Program-made: the position numbers and the translations under genes
Origin: a virus
Direction: 5' to 3' (one strand)
IMG/VR virus record: IMGVR_UViG_3300032046_000019
Coordinates: 5,321-69,320 of that record
Length of the DNA stretch: 64,000 nt
Part shown: in pieces, positions 58,385-64,000 of the stretch
How the letters are laid out: each line of letters opens with the position of its first letter
Numbering within the stretch: the first letter of the stretch is position 1
The notes under the pieces: model-generated
Database searches by the model: none
What the model saw: the letters and a program-made list of their open reading frames with translations, nothing else
Told to the model about the DNA's origin: nothing

Positions 58385-58894
58385 TTATCTTCCCGATGAA
58401 CCAAAACCTGCTTCTTTTCTATCTGAAGTGTCTCTAATTACATCTGTTTCATGTACTACAATTGAACAATTATTATTCACACTAACACACTCGGTTGCTA
58501 CAGTGGTTGTATTTGAAAACACTGGATATACTACAAACTGTGCTATTCTGTCGCCTTTTGAAACAACATAATCTTGGTCTGTTGAATTAACCAAGGCAAC
58601 TTTAATAACACCAGTATAACTCAGAGTGTCTACAATCCCGCCTACAGGGAAGATTCCCTTGCTAGCTAGTCCTGACCTACCCTCTATCTTTAGAAGGGCG
58701 CTTAAGCCTGTGTCTAGGTTCCCTAAAAATACATTGCCAAGTCTAAGTCCAGTGTCGATTAACTTTGTCTTACCAGATGGAATCGTTATTTCTTCTATAG
58801 AATGAATATCTAACCCAACATCTCCATTAGATTTTGCACTTGGAATAATGGCATCTGGGTGTTCTTTATAAAAACTTAATTTAATTAAACTCAT
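58385..58894 (-). CDS. dut: dUTPase
   Basis: GLDI, GRSG, GGIVD..YTG, RIAQ, RKEAGFGSSG. Confidence 0.93.
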   Translation of the reverse strand: MSLIKLSFYKEHPDAIIPSAKSNGDVGLDIHSIEEITIPSGKTKLIDTGLRLGNVFLGNLDTGLSALLKIEGRSGLASKGIFPVGGIVDTLSYTGVIKVALVNSTDQDYVVSKGDRIAQFVVYPVFSNTTTVATECVSVNNNCSIVVHETDVIRDTSDRKEAGFGSSGR

Positions 58895-58950
58895 TTTCTT
58901 TTCCTTTAATATTATACTATTTTGTATCTTTCAAATCGTTTATGATTATT

Positions 58951-59496
58951 TCACTTATTCATTATTGATAAAACACAATATTCTTGTACTTTGTTTAATA
59001 AATTTTTATCTAAAACCGATTTTGTTTCAGTGATATTATTAAATGCATATTGTTGTGTTTGGTTTTGAAACCTTATACCATCCAAATTAAATCTACAAAC
59101 CAATATGTTGTTTTCTATTAATTCATTTGAAGAAATATAAATAGCAATTTTATTAGCCATAGTTCCAAAGTACGTTGTACCTTCTACCATGTTCTTGTCC
59201 TGACCAAAACCAGTATAATTTATATTTTTTAGTGATGAAAAGATATTTTTTTGATTCTCGTGAATTACAATAAGATTCGCTCCACTAGTCATGGTTGAAC
59301 TTTGAAGTAAATTACTTAATTTTGTTAATTGAAATAATATAGTATTATTCCATTGTTCTTGAGAGTTGCCCCAATTTAATATTGTATTGATATCTTTGTT
59401 TCCTGTATGAAATTCTACAAGATTCCCTCTAATATCAGACCAAAAATAATTGGTTAGTGGAACTGTTGAATTTAATATTTCATTTACTGTTTGCAT
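58951..59496 (-). CDS. truncated gp23-like major capsid protein fragment
   Basis: QWNNTIL..SNLL..T..SGANLIV...FGTMANKIAIY...NNILV resembles gp23 C-terminal region. Confidence 0.5.
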   Translation of the reverse strand: MQTVNEILNSTVPLTNYFWSDIRGNLVEFHTGNKDINTILNWGNSQEQWNNTILFQLTKLSNLLQSSTMTSGANLIVIHENQKNIFSSLKNINYTGFGQDKNMVEGTTYFGTMANKIAIYISSNELIENNILVCRFNLDGIRFQNQTQQYAFNNITETKSVLDKNLLNKVQEYCVLSIMNK

Positions 59497-59500
59497 AATT

Positions 59501-60727
59501 TCAATTATCCTGTAATGCTTTTCTATCTTCTACTGATAAATCTTCTGAACCTTTGTAGGTTCCATGTTCTTCTATAGAAGTTTCATATTTAATAACTAAA
59601 CTTTGTTCAAATAAGGCATCTACATATTTTTCATATTTTGGATCTGATAATACTTTGTTATTAAATTCTGGTTTGTAAAATTTTACTTCTTCTTTTAAGA
59701 CTCCATCAGCATCGAAAATAGTAAAAGTTTTCCAAGCTCCAGTACCTTCTACACTTACAGTTTCTTTTCCAACTTTTACTCCATTCTTTGATTTTTCACA
59801 AAATTCTCTGAAATAATCAAACAACTGTTCGTGATCTTGAACACATTTTCCAAAAATAATATCAAAGCCTGCTTCTCTAAAAGGTTGTGCAACTTTATTT
59901 TTAATAGTTTTAGCTGACGTTGAACGTCCTATGACATTTCCTGCTTTATCTTTAATAGCTGAACCATCATTTATTCTAATTCTCACACTAGAAGCAAACG
60001 GAATTGCCATTCCACCACTTGTTGTAGTTGGATCTCCATAACTGACGCCAATTTTTATTCTTAATTGTGAAACTAGAACTAAAAGAATTTTTTGATTTCC
60101 TATTAAACCTGCAATTTTTCTCATGCCTTTTCCAAGAACACGAGCCTGTAGACCTATAGTATTTTGGTCATAGTCACCTTCTATTTCAGCTTTTGGTGAT
60201 GATTGTGACACGGAATCCCATATAATCGTAACTGGAATATCTTTGGTCATTGCTCTTGCTTTTAATATCGTACTTTCAATAATAGCAAGAATATACTCGG
60301 TACAAGTTTGTTGTATAAACACAAATCTTTTGGATACATCCAAACCAATATTTTTTAAATGATCTAGAGATGTAGCATTTTCTGTATCAATATAACACAC
60401 TATTCCTCCCATTTTTTGGGTGTTTTTAGCAATTTCATAAGCAATCATACTTTTACCACAACTTGGATTGCCTTGTAATTCAATTATACGACCTTCTGGT
60501 AGACCACCATTTTTTGGTTTATTTGAAATAACAGTATCCAAAAATCTAGAACCTGTTCCAATCCATCTATTAATATTAGTCGGAGCGGAATCTGTAGATA
60601 AATTAAATGCAACAAGGGAACCATGCTCTTTATTAATTTGCTTAATTAAATCTCTGGCAAAATCATCTATCATTGTTCCGTTTTGTGTATTTTTTTCAGT
60701 TGTAATTGTTTCTTCTTTTTTTTTCAT
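59501..60727 (-). CDS. recA: RecA/UvsX recombinase
   Basis: GGLPEGRIIE, GNPSCGKS, IDTENA, WDSV, GLQAR, SQLR, TTSGG, KNKVA. Confidence 0.95.
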   Translation of the reverse strand: MKKKEETITTEKNTQNGTMIDDFARDLIKQINKEHGSLVAFNLSTDSAPTNINRWIGTGSRFLDTVISNKPKNGGLPEGRIIELQGNPSCGKSMIAYEIAKNTQKMGGIVCYIDTENATSLDHLKNIGLDVSKRFVFIQQTCTEYILAIIESTILKARAMTKDIPVTIIWDSVSQSSPKAEIEGDYDQNTIGLQARVLGKGMRKIAGLIGNQKILLVLVSQLRIKIGVSYGDPTTTSGGMAIPFASSVRIRINDGSAIKDKAGNVIGRSTSAKTIKNKVAQPFREAGFDIIFGKCVQDHEQLFDYFREFCEKSKNGVKVGKETVSVEGTGAWKTFTIFDADGVLKEEVKFYKPEFNNKVLSDPKYEKYVDALFEQSLVIKYETSIEEHGTYKGSEDLSVEDRKALQDN

Positions 60728-60797
60728 TTAATATATGCTCCACGCTTATTTTTTATTCTCTCACATAGTGGAACACTTTAAACCTTATTAAACAAAA

Positions 60798-60821
60798 AAA
60801 AGCCTCAATTAAGAGGCTTTT
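60798..60821 (-). terminator. intrinsic (bidirectional) terminator after ssb
   Basis: AAAAGCCTC-AATTAA-GAGGCTTTT with flanking A/T runs. Confidence 0.75.
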
Positions 60822-60849
60822 AATGATTAAATCTTAATCTTTAAAAATC

Positions 60850-61698
60850 TTAGAGATCTTTAAATTGTTCATTAATATCGTTTAGTGCTGCTGTCATATT
60901 AATTTCGCCGCGTTCCTCAGAATCGGAATTTTCACTATTTGCTCCTTCGCCACCAGACAAGAAGTTTTCTAGAATTTCTTGTAGTCTTTCTTCTTCTATT
61001 ACTTGAGCTTCAAAATAATTGTGAAAGTTTGGAATTTGTGATGTAATTTTCTCTAGATCTTTTTTGTTTTTTGTAACTGGGCTTGATTTCCTACGTGGCT
61101 GCATTTTAATTTCTTTAACCGCAAAGCCATTAAATGTTTTATCCGTTGGATTTACAGTTATTGTAAAATCATAACCATGATCCATACTAAACAAATCCTC
61201 ATCCACATAATCAGTGTGGACTAGAATAGCATAAACATCTTTACAAAGCTTAGGAGTAAGTTCCCAAATTACTACTGTATCTTCTGGTACAGGTTTTGTT
61301 TCTCCAGAAACATCAGATGTTCCGCCTCTTACAATAAGAGCAGTATAGTATCTTTCTTTGGGAGTAAGCTTTTTGCGAGTAAACCAGGCTTCCTTTGAAC
61401 GATCTTTATTCAACTCCAAAACAAGATCCTTAATTGGATCTGCCTTGCCAAATTGAGATGGTGCAACAAATCTCTTTTTGGTTAGTTCAGCATTATCGTA
61501 ATATGCTACCTCAAAAAATGGTTGTTCTAGTGGATTTCCTTCTTTGTCAGTTAATGTTAAAAACCTTACGTCATAAGACTTATTTACTTGTGGTTTAAAC
61601 CATGTAAACTTTGGTAAGTCTTTCTTTTCTTTTTGTTCGGGTTTTTGTCCTTGTAAAACTGCGATTTTTTTCTTTAATGATTCAATATTGTATGACAT
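60850..61698 (-). CDS. gp32-like single-stranded DNA-binding protein
   Basis: WFKP..VRFL, DPI, RYY, GYDFTI, acidic tail ending F-K-D-L; next to recA. Confidence 0.8.
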   Translation of the reverse strand: MSYNIESLKKKIAVLQGQKPEQKEKKDLPKFTWFKPQVNKSYDVRFLTLTDKEGNPLEQPFFEVAYYDNAELTKKRFVAPSQFGKADPIKDLVLELNKDRSKEAWFTRKKLTPKERYYTALIVRGGTSDVSGETKPVPEDTVVIWELTPKLCKDVYAILVHTDYVDEDLFSMDHGYDFTITVNPTDKTFNGFAVKEIKMQPRRKSSPVTKNKKDLEKITSQIPNFHNYFEAQVIEEERLQEILENFLSGGEGANSENSDSEERGEINMTAALNDINEQFKDL

Positions 61699-61827
61699 GT
61701 TTTCTCCTATAATGCCGGTATAAATTATGTGACCGGATAACTAGTATAAGTATAGATGAGGCGACCAGTTTTGCCTACTTATTCAGTGTTAAAGAGAACT
61801 TATCATGAACTTTTTTACCACTAAACA

Positions 61828-63015
61828 TCATTGGATTTTATAGGTGTTTTCAAACAATTCACCCTTGATCCAAAATTTTGTTTCTTCTAAATTATAAATA
61901 TTTTTTGAACCTATTTCACATAACTTTGGAACTACATGTTCTAACTTATTGTGAACATCAAAAATAATTGCATCATGCAAAATAAAAATTGGAATAATAA
62001 AATTATTTGCTCCTTCAATTTTATTAATTGTTTCTAACATTTTGTGAAATCCAAGAAGTGCAACGTCAACAGCAGTTGATTGTATGAAATAATTTATCAA
62101 CTTATACATTTCATCTGAAACTAACTTTATCTTGCGGCCATAAAAATTTTCTATAATATTAACATTATCTTTTTTTATCATGTTTTTCAATATAGAATCC
62201 TTTATATCTTTAATACCATAAAATTCTTCTATAATATCAAATACATCTTCAGGGTGCGTTATATTGTTTTCGGTTAACACATGTAAAATATTTTCTTTTT
62301 TCATTCCATAACATTGCCATAAAATTATTTTCTTCACAACTTCTCTGGTTAAAACCGAACTTAATTTTGTCTTTTTTAAAGTAAATTCATAAATGTCTTT
62401 TACTAGGTCTTTTTCATCTTGTGGAGGATGACCAATAGATAGGAGATTAAAGTTGTTTATAGAAAGCAATACTCTTGGTTCTAAAGAAATAAAATCTAAA
62501 TACCAAAGTTTTCCGTCTTCTCCAAATCTTGATTCAAGAATATTTCTATATTTCTTTTCTAGATTTAGAATCTTTGGTCCAGATTTAATTATCATTCTTC
62601 CAGTGCTAGAATCAGTTAATGAATATTTTGGAATTTGTTTACAAAACCCTTTTCTATCATATTCAAATGAATTCAATAAACTATTTCCATCATTTATTTC
62701 TAAGTGATTAATATAATTTTCTTCGTTTATTTTTGCTTTCCCTAAGAAATTAAAAACATTACTTGTCTTTGAAAAAACATTATTATAATAATCATAATTT
62801 AAATCTTTTTTAATTAATTCTAATTTTTCTATAAAAACATTATTTTCTTTTTCAAATTCATTCTTTGGTATTATAAATTCCCATGGAACGTTTAAATTAT
62901 CAGAATTAATTCCTAACTGACTCATCATTTTTTTATATGAGTTACTAGGAAATTCTGGATAATCCACGGAATTTAAAAAACAAATTTCTTTTAGTTGGTT
63001 TATTTTATGTTGCAC
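61828..63015 (-). CDS. short family-A DNA polymerase-like protein
   Basis: TGRM, LDFISLEPRV (motif A), K....YG (motif B), NYFIQSTA, LHDA (motif C). Confidence 0.8.
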   Translation of the reverse strand: MQHKINQLKEICFLNSVDYPEFPSNSYKKMMSQLGINSDNLNVPWEFIIPKNEFEKENNVFIEKLELIKKDLNYDYYNNVFSKTSNVFNFLGKAKINEENYINHLEINDGNSLLNSFEYDRKGFCKQIPKYSLTDSSTGRMIIKSGPKILNLEKKYRNILESRFGEDGKLWYLDFISLEPRVLLSINNFNLLSIGHPPQDEKDLVKDIYEFTLKKTKLSSVLTREVVKKIILWQCYGMKKENILHVLTENNITHPEDVFDIIEEFYGIKDIKDSILKNMIKKDNVNIIENFYGRKIKLVSDEMYKLINYFIQSTAVDVALLGFHKMLETINKIEGANNFIIPIFILHDAIIFDVHNKLEHVVPKLCEIGSKNIYNLEETKFWIKGELFENTYKIQ

Positions 63016-63021
63016 AACACT

Positions 63022-63050
63022 ATCATACCACTAAAACCAAAGGTTGTCAA
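63022..63050 (-). promoter_or_regulatory. sigma70 promoter, leaderless GTG
   Basis: TTGACA-17nt-(TGg)TATGAT, GTG 6 nt downstream. Confidence 0.7.
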
Positions 63051-63098
63051 CATAAGAAAAATATTAGATGTCTCATAAAACATTAGCAAAAATTGTCT

Positions 63099-64000
63099 TT
63101 ATCTTCCGATACTTCTTACATCAAAATCTCTGAGATTTGTTAATGTTGTTGTTCTTGCTGCTGAAATATCAATTCTTTCTAATTCAACAGCAGCAACATT
63201 AACTCTTTCAATAAGTGATCTATATCTGCCCCAGGCATCTAGTGGAGCCATTTTTATATCAGTAGAAAATTCTCCAGCAGAAATTTTATGAGACATTCCA
63301 ACTACAGCATATAAATTATCTATAGAAGTACCTGTTTGAAAATCTATAAAAAATTGTTGCATAAAGTCGATTAAAGGATTACCCAAACAAGATATGTTTA
63401 CTTCACATGGAATAATCTGTAAAGGTAATCCGCCCGGTAAATCACCGTTTGGTTCCATGTTTGTTGATTGAAATGTTCTTAACATGTTAACCGTTGACAA
63501 AGCAGCATCTTGTATAGAAGAAACACTGGCATTCTTTACTGTAGTTCCTTGTGCTCCATAAATTATATACGGAGTTGATCTCATAATAAATTCTTTTAAT
63601 TTTTTTGTTCCACCAGAAATTCTATAAACTGGATGTGCTGTGGTAGAATTTGGATTTGTTTCTATAATTCCCAATTGGACAGCAGACTCTAAAATATTTG
63701 CTGCCTCTTGAGATTGTGAACGTCCTACCCCTATATCACCACCATCTGTTTGATAATTTATTTGAGATATTGTTGTTATTTCGTTATCTCTAGCAGCAGT
63801 TAATAAACTATTTTGAGTATCATATGCAGAATTTTGACGATCAAAAATATGAAGTCTCATTATAGTAACTCCATCACCAATATTAGCATTGAGTTCTTGA
63901 TCTAATATTTTTTGAGGTAGTGTATCAATAAAAATATCAATTTGAGGCATTCTAAAAGAACCATCTGGTGTTTTTCCTCTTAATAAATTATCCATGCCTT
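63099..64000 (-). CDS. C-terminal part of a putative baseplate hub/tail protein (runs off window)
   Basis: LGNPLIDFMQQFFIDFQTGTSIDNLYAVVGMSHKISAGEFST resembles hub-protein C-termini. Confidence 0.6.
   Translation of the reverse strand, partial: GMDNLLRGKTPDGSFRMPQIDIFIDTLPQKILDQELNANIGDGVTIMRLHIFDRQNSAYDTQNSLLTAARDNEITTISQINYQTDGGDIGVGRSQSQEAANILESAVQLGIIETNPNSTTAHPVYRISGGTKKLKEFIMRSTPYIIYGAQGTTVKNASVSSIQDAALSTVNMLRTFQSTNMEPNGDLPGGLPLQIIPCEVNISCLGNPLIDFMQQFFIDFQTGTSIDNLYAVVGMSHKISAGEFSTDIKMAPLDAWGRYRSLIERVNVAAVELERIDISAARTTTLTNLRDFDVRSIGR

Noticed and set aside
328-62707. Short antisense ORFs such as 328..648, 8737..9090, 42216..42614, 56645..56998, 58182..58571
   Set aside because: Shadow frames of real genes with Phe/Leu/Ser-rich antisense composition and no expression signals.
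1-64000. Stop-codon reassignment (TAG or TGA recoding)
   Set aside because: Conserved long genes are uninterrupted in code 11 and end on TAA, TAG and TGA; in-frame TAGs occur only in two small remnants.

Overview
AT-rich, gene-dense 64-kb segment of a large (jumbo, T4-like/myovirus-type) bacteriophage genome in the standard genetic code. 1-30 kb: mostly minus-strand small accessory genes with host-type sigma70 promoters (many leaderless), plus DNA ligase, L,D-transpeptidase, M23 peptidase, macrodomain, secreted DNase I, HNH-RNA ligase, DnaE, ClpP and a DEDDh exonuclease. 30-44 kb: plus-strand late/virion block (Ser/Thr-rich fibre-like proteins, patatin). 44-64 kb: replication/nucleotide block (NrdJ with an HNH intein, helicase with a LAGLIDADG intein, 5'-3' exonuclease, dUTPase, RecA, gp32-like SSB, short PolA-like protein) and a partial baseplate gene. 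Most notable: (i) dispersed genes sharing an N-terminal MKITxQQLRxIIKEE leader, most with an (I/L)xE site and an upstream TAnTTA motif, i.e. a candidate capsid-targeting cargo system; (ii) dnaE needs a +1 shift at ACC-TTT-C to join its PHP HxH motif to the polymerase; (iii) extreme lysine depletion in signal-peptide proteins; (iv) SD-occluding hairpins overlapping the putative late promoter; (v) a possible pseudoknot in the ssb leader; (vi) a ~14-member small-protein paralog expansion; (vii) a stand-alone major-capsid fragment. No tRNA, rRNA, CRISPR array or reverse transcriptase was seen. All family assignments are by eye from motifs; no searches were run.
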